A DNA stretch of 62,144 nucleotides, counting the filler, from Acidimicrobiia bacterium (GTDB lineage Bacteria > Actinomycetota > Acidimicrobiia > Spongiisociales > JAHEDJ01), in the NCBI GenBank assembly GCA_029210695.1. It is 3 parts of 3 records of this genome, joined end to end, with 100 filler letters (N's around TTAATTAATTAA, not from the genome) between each part and the next. Parts side by side here need not be neighbours in the genome. Positions count along the whole stretch, not along the records: positions 1 to 29,004 come from JARGFH010000006.1; 2 more parts are not named here. One strand, 5' to 3'. The notes under the pieces are model-generated. The model saw only the letters and a program-made list of their open reading frames with translations. It ran no database searches and was not told the origin of the DNA. A program made the position numbers and the translations under genes. Of the stretch, positions 1 to 8,412 are shown piece after piece. Every line of letters starts with the position of its first letter. Position 1 is the stretch's first letter.

Positions 1-529
1 CGACGTCGACGAGTTTCTCCTCGAAGTGGGGATCGTTCGAGAGCTTGAACGTGTCGATCAGCCACGGCTTGATGTTCCGTGCCCGCCAGATCCTCGCGAT
101 GGTGTCTTTGCCGACGTCGAACCGGTTTCCCATCGTGCGGGTCGACCAATGCGTCGACCCGTCTTCGGGGAGGGTATGGAGGGTGTCCTGAACGATCGCT
201 TCGATCGTCTCGTCGGAGATCTCGGGTGGCCGGCCACGCCCGGGCCGGATCCGGCCTACACACGCCACGCCCTCAGCAGCGAACCGGGTCCGCCATCGTC
301 GCACCGTCTTCGTTGACGCCTCCGAGCGGCGGGCGATCTCCTCGTTCGCGAAGCCGTCGCTCGCAAGGAGCAGGGCCCGAGCTTGACGAACCTGACGGTG
401 CGCCAACGTCTGAGACTTCGCCATCGACTCAAGTTCACTGCGCTGCTCGGGCGACATCCGCAACGCTTCAGCAGTAGCAACCATCCCCCAACACTACACC
501 GGTTCGCCATTTCAGCGACAGACCACTAG
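1..529 (-). mobile_element. IS630-family insertion sequence, left end (element continues beyond window start)
   Basis: Terminal sequence CTAGTGGTCTGTCGCTGAAAT (minus strand, 529-509) lies upstream of an IS630-like transposase ORF; the CTAG/TA boundary is typical of IS630. Confidence 0.85.
2..484 (-). CDS. IS630-family transposase, N-terminal part (3' truncated by window; not in ORF track)
   Basis: Manual translation from ATG 484: MVATAEALRMSPEQRSELESMAKSQTLAHRQVRQARALLLASDGFANEEIARRSEASTKTVRRWRTRF...GRGRPP...THWSTRTMG...IARIWRARNIKPWLIDTFKLSNDPHFEEKLVDV. The HTH plus WS-R and FKLSxDPxFxEK motifs are characteristic of IS630. Confidence 0.9.
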   Translation of the reverse strand, partial: MVATAEALRMSPEQRSELESMAKSQTLAHRQVRQARALLLASDGFANEEIARRSEASTKTVRRWRTRFAAEGVACVGRIRPGRGRPPEISDETIEAIVQDTLHTLPEDGSTHWSTRTMGNRFDVGKDTIARIWRARNIKPWLIDTFKLSNDPHFEEKLVDV

Positions 530-552
530 AACTGCGGCGGCTTTGCCGACGC

Positions 553-1419
553 TCAGAGGCCCATTGCGGCCCGCACCTGTGTGGCCGTCCGTTTCGGCAG
601 CTTCTTGAGCGGCTTGCGCGGCGAGCCTGGAGTGAGACCGGCGGCTTCGGCGGCCACCTTCACGCCGGGAATCCCATACTGCTCGACGGCGAGGCTGAGT
701 TTGGTGAGTTGTGCCTGGGCTTCTGTTGCCGAGGTGGCAGACCGTCGAGCTTTCCGCACCAGCCCTTGTACGAGTTCGGGCGCATAGTTGCCTGAGGCGG
801 TGATCGACCCGTAGGCGCCGGCGGTGACGGAGAGGGCGATGGCTTTCGATGAACCTGCGAAGAGCACGAAGTCGTCGCCGGTCGCCTCGATGATCTGAGC
901 CTTGCGGGCAGGATTCCCACCCGAATCCTTCATGCCGACGACGTTGTCGAGGGCGGCAATCCTGGCGAAGACCTGGATCGGCGGTTCGTAGGCGCTGTAG
1001 AGGGGCACCGAATAGATAAGCACCGGCAGCGCCGAAGCTTTGGCGACATCCTTGAAGAAGCCCTCTACGTACTCGTCGCGTCCGCGGGTCAGTGTGGTGG
1101 GGGTGAGGACGAGGACCGCGTCGGCGCCGCCGTCGGCAGCCTCATCGATCTGGCGCAGTGCGCCTCGCAGGGACTCCGACACGATGCCCGCGATGAGGAA
1201 CGGTGTGCTGCCCAGCGTCGTCCGGGCGGTCTCCAACAGGGTCCGGCGTTCGCCGTTCTCGAGATATGGTCCCTCGCCGGTCGAGCCACCGATGAGGAAC
1301 CCGGTGATTCCGCGTTCGCTGAGGGCCGTGAGGTTGGCGGCGTGAGCGTTGAGGTTGAGGTTGCCGTTGCCGGTGAACGGCGTGACGAGGGCGGGCATCA
1401 TTCTTGGTGGTGTACGCAT
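553..1419 (-). CDS. Dihydrodipicolinate synthase (DapA/NanA) family aldolase
   Basis: PALVTPF, GGSTGE, IYSVP and Schiff-base GMKDSGG motifs; start placed at MRTPPR (1425 is an alternative). Confidence 0.9.
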   Translation of the reverse strand: MRTPPRMMPALVTPFTGNGNLNLNAHAANLTALSERGITGFLIGGSTGEGPYLENGERRTLLETARTTLGSTPFLIAGIVSESLRGALRQIDEAADGGADAVLVLTPTTLTRGRDEYVEGFFKDVAKASALPVLIYSVPLYSAYEPPIQVFARIAALDNVVGMKDSGGNPARKAQIIEATGDDFVLFAGSSKAIALSVTAGAYGSITASGNYAPELVQGLVRKARRSATSATEAQAQLTKLSLAVEQYGIPGVKVAAEAAGLTPGSPRKPLKKLPKRTATQVRAAMGL

Positions 1420-1436
1420 CCGCATACGGTAGCGGG

Positions 1437-2582
1437 TCACCATATGGCGACGTAAGTCAGCACGGCCTCCTCTCCCTCGGCGGCCAGAGTGAGATCCCAC
1501 AGCTCAACGAGGAACACGACCCCGTCGTCGCCAGCGAATGTTCCCCTGTACCTGGGGAAGCCCTCGGCCGCTACGGATCCGAATGTGCCTGCGAGGCCAC
1601 GCTCCCCGAGCTGTTGCTGGATCTCACCGACAAGGGTTGGGCCGTCGGTGGGGGGCAAGACGAACGAGGCAGGCTCGATGTGTACGGCACCCATACTCTC
1701 GGCCAGGTCGGCGGCCAGCGATTCGTCGAAGAGGGGATTGGTCGGCAGAACCTCCTCCGAGCCGGCCGGTACCCACGGATTTCCCGCCGACAGATCCTCC
1801 TCGGACACTCCGAGCCAGTTGGTGATCCAGTCGAGGCGCGTCTGATCGATCCAGTTGCCTCGGCCGACGGTGACGAGTGCCACGGATTCGGCGAGGTCCT
1901 CGACCGGATTGGTCCCCGCATATGCGGTGGGGGCGGGTCCCCCGGTGGGTTGCCAGTCGGGTTGGTCTGCATCCTGGGACTCATCGATCCAGTCGACGGC
2001 GGTCGCGAAGTCGCGTACGACGCTCGATCCAGCGTCGAGCTGTATGTTCGATATCCGGCCGGCGGTGGCGCCGCGTACGTAGTCGTCGTCGAGGGAGAAC
2101 CACTGCGCAACGTGAGCAAGTTCGTGGGCAAGGGCATAGGTCAGGTCGAGGCGGGAGATGGGCCGGTCCCGGCCCGTGAACGTGCGATCCAGTAGGTAGA
2201 TATCGGGTCCGAGCGTCAGGGTCACGGCAGAAGTGAGAGTTTCGGCGCCGGCGATGTCTGCGACCCTCACCAGGAACCTGGGGGTGCCGTGCGCCAGCAG
2301 AGGTGCGGGGACGTCGGTCAGAGCGGTGGTCAGCAGGGTCATCTCCCCGGGGTCGGCGGCGGCGGTGAGTCCGAGGACGGTCAGGTCACCGACGGACCGT
2401 TCCCAGACGACCCCATCAGGTGGTGGTGAGCCCAGGGCCGCCTGGGTCGCCGGGTCGTTGAGGTCGACGGCTGCCGCCCCGGTTGTGGTCGTTTTCACCG
2501 GGATTGTCGTCGGGTTGGTCGCCGCGCAACCGGCGAGGAGGGCCAGCAGGAGCATCGAGGTGATCACAGAGGTGGGTCGCAC
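1437..2582 (-). CDS. Putative lipoprotein with zinc-metallopeptidase HExxH motif
   Basis: GTG start with GAAGGGGA RBS; lipobox LLAGC; LAHELAHV plus downstream YAGTNPVEDLAES. Confidence 0.7.
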   Translation of the reverse strand: MRPTSVITSMLLLALLAGCAATNPTTIPVKTTTTGAAAVDLNDPATQAALGSPPPDGVVWERSVGDLTVLGLTAAADPGEMTLLTTALTDVPAPLLAHGTPRFLVRVADIAGAETLTSAVTLTLGPDIYLLDRTFTGRDRPISRLDLTYALAHELAHVAQWFSLDDDYVRGATAGRISNIQLDAGSSVVRDFATAVDWIDESQDADQPDWQPTGGPAPTAYAGTNPVEDLAESVALVTVGRGNWIDQTRLDWITNWLGVSEEDLSAGNPWVPAGSEEVLPTNPLFDESLAADLAESMGAVHIEPASFVLPPTDGPTLVGEIQQQLGERGLAGTFGSVAAEGFPRYRGTFAGDDGVVFLVELWDLTLAAEGEEAVLTYVAIW

Positions 2583-2668
2583 GTCCCCTTCATAGCATCC
2601 GAAGGACCCGGGGCGGGGGAGTGGTTGATCACGTACGCTTGGGGGACCGACCCCATCGGAGGAGAAAC

Positions 2669-3607
2669 GTGCGCAAAACAACAGTTGTCGGCGCCGGGAA
2701 GTACGGGTCAACGACCGCGGAGAAGATCGCCAGAATGGACCTGGTTGATCAGGTGGTCATGACCGATATCCTCGAAGGTACCCCACAGGGCCTGGCGCTG
2801 GACATGAACCAGGCCCGCCCGGTCGAGAAGTACCGGACGCTGGTCGTGGGTACGAACGACTATGCGGATACAGCAGGTAGCGAGGTGGTCGTCATCACGG
2901 CCGGGTCGCCGCGCAAGCCCGGCATGAGCAGAATGGACCTCCTGACGGTCAACGCCAAAGTGGTGAAGAGCGTCACCGAACAGATCATGAAGTACTCCCC
3001 GGATGCCATCTTGGTAGTGGTGACCAACCCACTCGATCACATGACGACCCTGGCCGCCGAGGTCTCCGGCCTGCCGAAGAACAAGGTGATGGGTCAAGCC
3101 GGCATCCTCGACAGTTCGCGGCTTGCACACTTCATCAGCGAGATGGCAGACGTGGATATCTTTGATGTCGAAGCGTTGACGCTTGGTAGCCACGGACCGA
3201 CGATGGTCCCCGTGCCTTCGCAGTGCAAGGTGGGCGGCAAGTCGCTCGAAGAGGTGTTCTCGGAGGAGCAGATCGAGGCCTTGATCGACCGCACCCGCAA
3301 GGGCGGCGCCGAGATCGTTGGACTCCTGAAGACGGGCAGCGCCTACTACGCGCCGTCGTCGGCGGCGGCTGCGATGGTCGAGGCGATCCTGACGGACTCC
3401 GGTGCCGTGTTGCCGGTGTGCGCCTACACGAGCGGCGAATACGGCGTCGTCCACGGCTACCTGGGCGTTCCGGCCAAACTGGGCGCCAACGGCGTCGAAG
3501 AAATCGTCGAGTTGCCGCTGACCGAAACCGAAATGGCTGCCCTGCACGAGGCTGCAGACGCGGTAGCCGCTAACGTGGCCGAGTTGCACAACGTGGATTA
3601 CAGCTAG
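2669..3607 (+). CDS. mdh: Malate dehydrogenase (LDH-like type)
   Basis: GTG after GGAGGAG; VVGAGKYG Rossmann motif, TAGSPRKPGMSRMDL, VTNPLD, GSHG, TGSAYYAP. Confidence 0.95.
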   Translation: MRKTTVVGAGKYGSTTAEKIARMDLVDQVVMTDILEGTPQGLALDMNQARPVEKYRTLVVGTNDYADTAGSEVVVITAGSPRKPGMSRMDLLTVNAKVVKSVTEQIMKYSPDAILVVVTNPLDHMTTLAAEVSGLPKNKVMGQAGILDSSRLAHFISEMADVDIFDVEALTLGSHGPTMVPVPSQCKVGGKSLEEVFSEEQIEALIDRTRKGGAEIVGLLKTGSAYYAPSSAAAAMVEAILTDSGAVLPVCAYTSGEYGVVHGYLGVPAKLGANGVEEIVELPLTETEMAALHEAADAVAANVAELHNVDYS

Positions 3608-3630
3608 GAAACTGCTGCGCTGCCGCCGCC

Positions 3631-3660
3631 GTTCTGAGTTCTGGGTTGTGGGTTCTGAGG
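3631..3660 (+). repeat. Heptamer tandem array family A (GTTCTGA/GTTCTGG/GTTGTGG), left arm
   Basis: GTTCTGA GTTCTGG GTTGTGG GTTCTGA read directly; the inverted partner is at 3879-3906. Confidence 0.8.
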
Positions 3661-3706
3661 ACCTGTCTCCTGAGAAGATGCGCGAAGCATTGCTCAGGAG
3701 GCTGTT

Positions 3707-3902
3707 GTGCAGGACTATCGGAAACTCGACGTTTGGAAACTCGCTCATTATCCGACCCTCGAGGTGTGTTTACCCGTGATCTGGTTAACTGGGCGTGACC
3801 GCCCACCGGAGTTCGGCCGGCAAGGCCGACCGGCTGCGAAGAATGCTGACATCTCTCGAACGCAGCGTGGCAACAACAAAGAACCTGGAACCCAAAACGT
3901 AG
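3707..3902 (+). pseudogene. Internally deleted, frameshifted four-helix-bundle (TIGR02436-like) gene remnant
   Basis: AGGAGG RBS then MQDYRKLDVWKLAH..TLEV (family N-terminus). A second frame gives ADRLRRMLTSLERSV...KT* (C-terminus). The central SQIRRAAVSIPSNIAEG helix is absent; compare the intact copy at 25639-26016. Confidence 0.75.
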
Positions 3903-3906
3903 AACC
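3879..3906 (-). repeat. Heptamer tandem array family A, inverted right arm
   Basis: AAGAACC TGGAACC CAAAACG TAGAACC is the reverse complement of GGTTCTA-type units. Confidence 0.8.
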
Positions 3907-4005
3907 GCGGTGGCAGTCCGTGTCGGGGACCCGGGAACTCGCGACCAGCAACCCTGCTTATACTTACAAAGTTGTAGTTACCCCTCAATGTCTGGAGGCA
4001 GACAC

Positions 4006-4290
4006 ATGAACAAAGGTGAGTTGATCGACAAGGTGGCCAAAGAGGCAGATATCACGAAGGTCGCCGCCAAGGCGGCGGTCGACACGGTCTTCGGTGAGAT
4101 CACCGCTTCGATGAAGAAGGGTGATCGCGTCCAGATCGCCGGTTTCGGAAGTTTCTTCTCGGACAAACGTCCGGGACGCAAAGGCCTCAACCCGGCAACG
4201 GGCGAGTCGATCCGCATCAAGACCAAGTTCGTTCCGAAGTTCAAGGCCGGCACCGCGGTCAAAGAAGAGGTGGCCAAGCGCCGCAAGTAG
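4006..4290 (+). CDS. hup: HU family DNA-binding protein
   Basis: MNKGELIDKVA...VQIAGFGSF...RKGLNPATGESIRI...PKFKAG; GGAGG RBS. Confidence 0.95.
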   Translation: MNKGELIDKVAKEADITKVAAKAAVDTVFGEITASMKKGDRVQIAGFGSFFSDKRPGRKGLNPATGESIRIKTKFVPKFKAGTAVKEEVAKRRK

Positions 4291-4316
4291 GACCCGCAGG
4301 TTCTAGGTTTTGAGTT

Positions 4317-4427
4317 CTAGTGGTCCGTCGCGGATTTGGTGACTTGGTCTCCTGCCGGACGATCCCCGCTGTGGCAGGGTTCGTGGCACTGCCTACCCCG
4401 GTCATCAAATAGCAGACAGACCACTAG
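4317..4427. mobile_element. 111-bp MITE related to the IS630 element
   Basis: Ends CTAGTGGTCCGTCGCGGATTT and AAATAGCAGACAGACCACTAG are inverted repeats that match the IS630 end at 509-529 (13 identical terminal bases on the right end, 17/21 on the left). It interrupts a GTTCTAG heptamer array and has no coding capacity. Confidence 0.8.
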
Positions 4428-4434
4428 GTTCTGA

Positions 4435-4473
4435 GACGAACGGGGCGGTCCGCGCGGGCCGCCCCGTTTTGTC
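4435..4473 (+). terminator. Hairpin terminator between convergent hup and SCP2 genes
   Basis: AACGGGGCGGTCC GCGC GGGCCGCCCCGTT followed by TTGT. Confidence 0.65.
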
Positions 4474-4476
4474 CCT

Positions 4477-4608
4477 TCTCCCGGCGTCTCAGCGGAGGGG
4501 GCGGTGGGGGAGAAGTGCGGAAGTGGCGTGAGGTCTCTCCGCGCGTTCCTCTCCCGGCGTTTGAGCCGGGGAAGGTGGTGGTCGCCGGCAGGCGAGCAGC
4601 GGAGGGGG
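4477..4608. repeat. REP-like GC-rich palindromic elements
   Basis: Two degenerate units ending in CAGCGGAGGGGG; reverse complement of the CCCCCTCCG...CCACC..CCCC unit seen at 7295-7527. Confidence 0.55.
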
Positions 4609-4681
4609 CAATTGCATCGGGGGCGACCAGGCCGGCCCCAACGAACAACTCGCGACGAGAAACTCGCGACCCGCGACTCTC

Positions 4682-5071
4682 TTAATACTCGACTTCCATG
4701 GCGGCGGTGGCTGCGCCCCACTGCTGGATGACGTTCTGGTGCATCATGAGCTTGGCCAGGTTGCCGGTGACTTTGAGCTTGCCGGTCATAAACGCCGTCT
4801 GCGTGTTCAGCTCGCCTTTGGCGATTTCGGCGGAGGTCTCGTAGTTGCTCGTGATGCCAACGTCGGAGCCTTCGACCTCGCCCGAACTGGCTGTGGGTGC
4901 GCCGTTGTCGATCTTGAGGTAGTAGTTCTCGACGGCGCCTTCGGGCACGTCGGTCACATTGAACTGGAAAGCAAGACTGATGCCGGCGGCGGCGCTCTTG
5001 AACCCATCGTGGGCATTGAGGGCTGCGTTGAGGGCGGCGACCCAGTCTTCAGTGAGGAACTTGACGGCCAT
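4682..5071 (-). CDS. SCP2 sterol-binding domain protein
   Basis: KFLTEDW N-terminus and GELNTQTAFMTGKLKVTGNLAKLM. Confidence 0.9.
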   Translation of the reverse strand: MAVKFLTEDWVAALNAALNAHDGFKSAAAGISLAFQFNVTDVPEGAVENYYLKIDNGAPTASSGEVEGSDVGITSNYETSAEIAKGELNTQTAFMTGKLKVTGNLAKLMMHQNVIQQWGAATAAMEVEY

Positions 5072-5143
5072 ATCTGACTACTCCTTTTCGGCGAATCTAC
5101 CGAAGGGTAGCAAGGGTCCAGAAGTCGCGGGCGCCCGACTCGG

Positions 5144-6568
5144 TTAGCGCCAGAGCTTCGCTTCCGCCACATTGAGGCTTCCGCTCGGCCCGTTGTTTGG
5201 AAATGTCCCGGCAGGGATGTTGGCCGCTGGTATCAAGAAACTTGTGACCTGCGTGACACTTATTGTCTTGCAGTTGAACGGGCCTGCCCCTTCGCACAAT
5301 TCGGTCACATCTTCACCCGGATAGAATTCCACCCCACAAGTGGTGCCGTCGCAGTTGAAGTACAGCCCATGCAAGAAAACACCCTCGAACGTGAGGATGG
5401 TTCGGAGTCCTGTTCCGGTTGGCCACGTCGCTTCCTCGAATCTCGGAACCTGCACTAGACGAGGTGAGTACTTGATAGTGGAATCAAACGTGGGATTGCC
5501 GCTTTGAAGGCAGGTTGACATGTTCGCTTGTTTCTGAAGCGCAGTATTTGAGGCATTGAACTTGCTGGCATTGCACTCGGAACCGCCCCCCCTTAGGTAA
5601 TCCCACAGCGGCCGATTGTCGAGATTCAGGCTTACGGCACCGTCCCGGATACTTCTCTTGGGATTCGTGCCTTGCTGGAGCCGCGATGGGAGTCCAGCGT
5701 ATGTGCTGTTGCTGATGAGCCCGGGCTCGATAGCAAAGCCGTCACCTGGTTGAACCCAGAGTTGATTCGGGGGAAGGATCTCATCGCATTCGTCGGGTCG
5801 AAGTGGGTTAGTCCCATGGATCTCTACGAAGTGATCGAGTCCAAGCGCTAGGTTGGTGGAGTAGCGGCTTTGATTAAGACCGGAGCAGCGGCGAGTCGTG
5901 CCTATGTCGTCGATGCCCATCTCGTCGTTTCCGAAAAGCGGGCTATCGACTATGAAAAAGTTACCAGTTTGAGGAGGTGCAGTGTCGCAGGGCGGCACTA
6001 CGTTTCCCGGAGGCCCGGTCCGCAGACATTGCAGTCCGGCGGTCGATTCGCTGGTTAGGCCGAACGGAAGAATTCCCCCCCCTTCGGTTGGAGCAACGTC
6101 GGCGATGGCGAAAGCATCCGTTGTGAGTTGATTGATGCCCAGTATTCGACCGAACGTCGTGTCGATCGTCTGCACGGGGATCTTCACCTGCAGATACCCG
6201 TTGTTGGCGGCCGAAATGCATGGGTAGGAGTTACCGGAGGAATCCGTGAGTGCAGAGAAGTCCGGCCCGTAGCTGTCCATGAGCGGATTGGTGCATGCAA
6301 GCCAGTCGGCATTGCTGATAGTTGCCCTTACGTTCTTGTTGGCGATGTCCTTGACCTGGGCGATGATGTCGTCCTCGGTCCCGGCCAGTTCGAGGGCACC
6401 TGCCATCACTGCAACATCAGCTGCGGTCTGATCCTGGCGGCGCTCGTTGAGGCCGGCCCCGATGTCAATTACGAGAGCGGCAAAGCCCACCAGAACCACC
6501 ATCGAAGCCGCGACAAGAATGGCTGTGGCGCCTCGATCGTCTTGAGTTGCACGAGCTAGGGAGTGCAT
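5144..6568 (-). CDS. TadG-like / Flp pilus-associated protein
   Basis: DDRGATAILVAASMVVLVGFAALVIDIG...QTAADVAVMAGA Tad N-terminus; Cys-rich variable C-terminus; visibly lower GC than its neighbours. Confidence 0.85.
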   Translation of the reverse strand: MHSLARATQDDRGATAILVAASMVVLVGFAALVIDIGAGLNERRQDQTAADVAVMAGALELAGTEDDIIAQVKDIANKNVRATISNADWLACTNPLMDSYGPDFSALTDSSGNSYPCISAANNGYLQVKIPVQTIDTTFGRILGINQLTTDAFAIADVAPTEGGGILPFGLTSESTAGLQCLRTGPPGNVVPPCDTAPPQTGNFFIVDSPLFGNDEMGIDDIGTTRRCSGLNQSRYSTNLALGLDHFVEIHGTNPLRPDECDEILPPNQLWVQPGDGFAIEPGLISNSTYAGLPSRLQQGTNPKRSIRDGAVSLNLDNRPLWDYLRGGGSECNASKFNASNTALQKQANMSTCLQSGNPTFDSTIKYSPRLVQVPRFEEATWPTGTGLRTILTFEGVFLHGLYFNCDGTTCGVEFYPGEDVTELCEGAGPFNCKTISVTQVTSFLIPAANIPAGTFPNNGPSGSLNVAEAKLWR

Positions 6569-7002
6569 GTGTACGTTCCTCCAGACGCCCAGGTCGCCTT
6601 CTGTTCAAGGCGGATCTCCACCGTGGTTGATAAGGCAGCCGGCATCGCCCAATCGAGGAATCCTGAGAGGGAGGTATAGGGAGAGAGCACGACAGAGACA
6701 CGGGCGAGTTGTCCGACTTCGGCGGTTCCAAGCAGGCTGAAAGTGATGACCTGACCGTCCGAGAAGTCCATCGAGTCGCACGTCGATGCTCCCATCGCCG
6801 CGACGCTGCCGAAGTTGACCGCTGCCAGGCGCGCTGCCTCTCGGGCCCCGTGGCGGACATCGAGGTTGTTGCCGAATGCCCAGCCAAACTCAATCATTCC
6901 CATCAGCAGCAGCATGAGAAATGGGAGGACTATTGCGAATTCCACCAAGGCGGCACCGTCTTCACGGTCTTTCCTCAGGCGTCTGTTGAACCAACCGATC
7001 AT
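6556..7002 (-). CDS. TadE family pseudopilin
   Basis: EDGAALVEFAIVLPFLMLLLMGMIEFG...AREAAR prepilin motif; GGGGGAGG RBS. Confidence 0.9.
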   Translation of the reverse strand: MIGWFNRRLRKDREDGAALVEFAIVLPFLMLLLMGMIEFGWAFGNNLDVRHGAREAARLAAVNFGSVAAMGASTCDSMDFSDGQVITFSLLGTAEVGQLARVSVVLSPYTSLSGFLDWAMPAALSTTVEIRLEQKATWASGGTYTCTP

Positions 7003-7294
7003 GTCTACAGCCTCCCCCGGCAATCTTCGCTCGAGCGCGGCGCGCTTAAAAATCTCACTGAGTGCATTCTAGGCAAGTGTCGAGCGGAACCGGAATAGAG
7101 AAATCGACGGTCGTGCGTCCCCAGATGCGTTGTCGTCTCGGCCATATCATGCTCCGCTCGCGTTTGTAGCAACGCCCTCGCCGGCCTCGCCCCAGCCTAG
7201 CGCGTCTACCACGCCAGGTATTCAGGTTACCACTTAGAGTGGGATTATTCAATGGGAGATTGTTGCTCGTCGCGGGTAGCTAGTCGCGGGTTTG

Positions 7295-7527
7295 CCCCCT
7301 CCGTCCTGCCGCCCGGCGGCAGGCCACCTCCCCCGCACCTGCGGGGAGGAACGCAAAGAAGTGGGTTTGCCCTCTCCGTCCTGCCGCCCGGCGGCAGGCC
7401 ACCTCCCCCGCACCTGCGGGGAGGAACGCGAAAAGCGGGTTCTGCCCCCTCCGCTTTCGCCTTTCGGCGAAACCACCTCCCCCGCGTCTGCGGGGGAGGA
7501 ACGCGAAAAGCGAGTTTGCCCTCTCCC
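7295..7527. repeat. Three tandem ~77-bp REP-like double-hairpin units
   Basis: Unit CC(C/T)CTCCG-hairpin-CCACCTCCCCCGC-N4-GCGGGG(G)AGG-AACGC repeated three times; units 1 and 2 are nearly identical. Confidence 0.85.
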
Positions 7528-7647
7528 TTGTGTGCCCACGGCTCAATGCCTATGGCCCACCGCCGGTCGGCAAAGCAAGCCCCCCTACCCCAGCGGCAAT
7601 AGCCGCTGCGGTACCTTCCCCCCTCCGGGGGGACCGAGGGCGTTCGC

Positions 7648-8412
7648 CTATGCCTTCTGGCCGAGCAAGCGCCGGTTCTTGAACTTCGCTTTGATGTAGT
7701 CCTTGTTCATCATGGCGATGAAGTCGATCGTGATCGACTTCGGGCAGGCTGCTTCGCACTCTCCGTGGTTCGTGCAGGAGCCGAAGAACTCCTCCATCGT
7801 GTCCACCATGCTCACGACGCGGTCGTAGCGTTCCGGCTGACCTTGCGGGACCATGTTCAGTTGGGCCAGCTTGGCCGAGGTGAACAACTGGGCGGCGCTG
7901 TTCGGGCAGGCCGCCACGCAGGCGCCACAGCCGATGCAGGCCGCCGCGTCGAAGGCGATGTCGGCTACCGCTTTCGGTACCGGGACCATGTTGGCGTCCG
8001 GGGCCGATCCGGTCGGTACCGTGATGTAGCCGCCGGCTTCGATGATCCGGTCGAATGAACTGCGATCCACGACCAGGTCGCGAATGACCGGGAAGCCGGT
8101 GGCCTTCCACGGTTCGAGGACGATCTCGTCGCCGTCCTTGAACTTCCGCATGTGCAGCTGACACGTGGCCGTCCCCAGCTGATCACCGTGCGGGTGACCG
8201 TTGATCATGATTCCGCACATGCCGCATATTCCTTCGCGGCAGTCAGAGTCGATCGAGAACGGTTCAATGCCCCTCTCAACGAGCTTCTCGTTGACGATGT
8301 CGCACATCTCGAGGAACGACATGTGATCGCTGATGTCGGTTGCTTCGTAGGTTTCGAATCGTCCCGGCGCCTCTGGGCCGTCCTGGCGCCAAACTTTGAG
8401 TGTGACGTCCAT
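7648..8412 (-). CDS. sdhB: Succinate dehydrogenase/fumarate reductase iron-sulfur subunit
   Basis: DCREGICGMC, CIGCGACVAACP and CTNHGECEAACP Fe-S motifs. Confidence 0.95.
   Translation of the reverse strand: MDVTLKVWRQDGPEAPGRFETYEATDISDHMSFLEMCDIVNEKLVERGIEPFSIDSDCREGICGMCGIMINGHPHGDQLGTATCQLHMRKFKDGDEIVLEPWKATGFPVIRDLVVDRSSFDRIIEAGGYITVPTGSAPDANMVPVPKAVADIAFDAAACIGCGACVAACPNSAAQLFTSAKLAQLNMVPQGQPERYDRVVSMVDTMEEFFGSCTNHGECEAACPKSITIDFIAMMNKDYIKAKFKNRRLLGQKA

Noticed and set aside
7020..7060. Sigma-28-like promoter upstream of tadE
   Set aside because: The best match (TTAAG-N14-GCGAAG) deviates in both spacing and sequence from the four clean copies.
7295..7527. Possible CRISPR array (also 42428-42780 and 62074-62130)
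   Set aside because: Units are long double hairpins without unique constant-length spacers, there are only 2-3 copies, and no cas genes are present.
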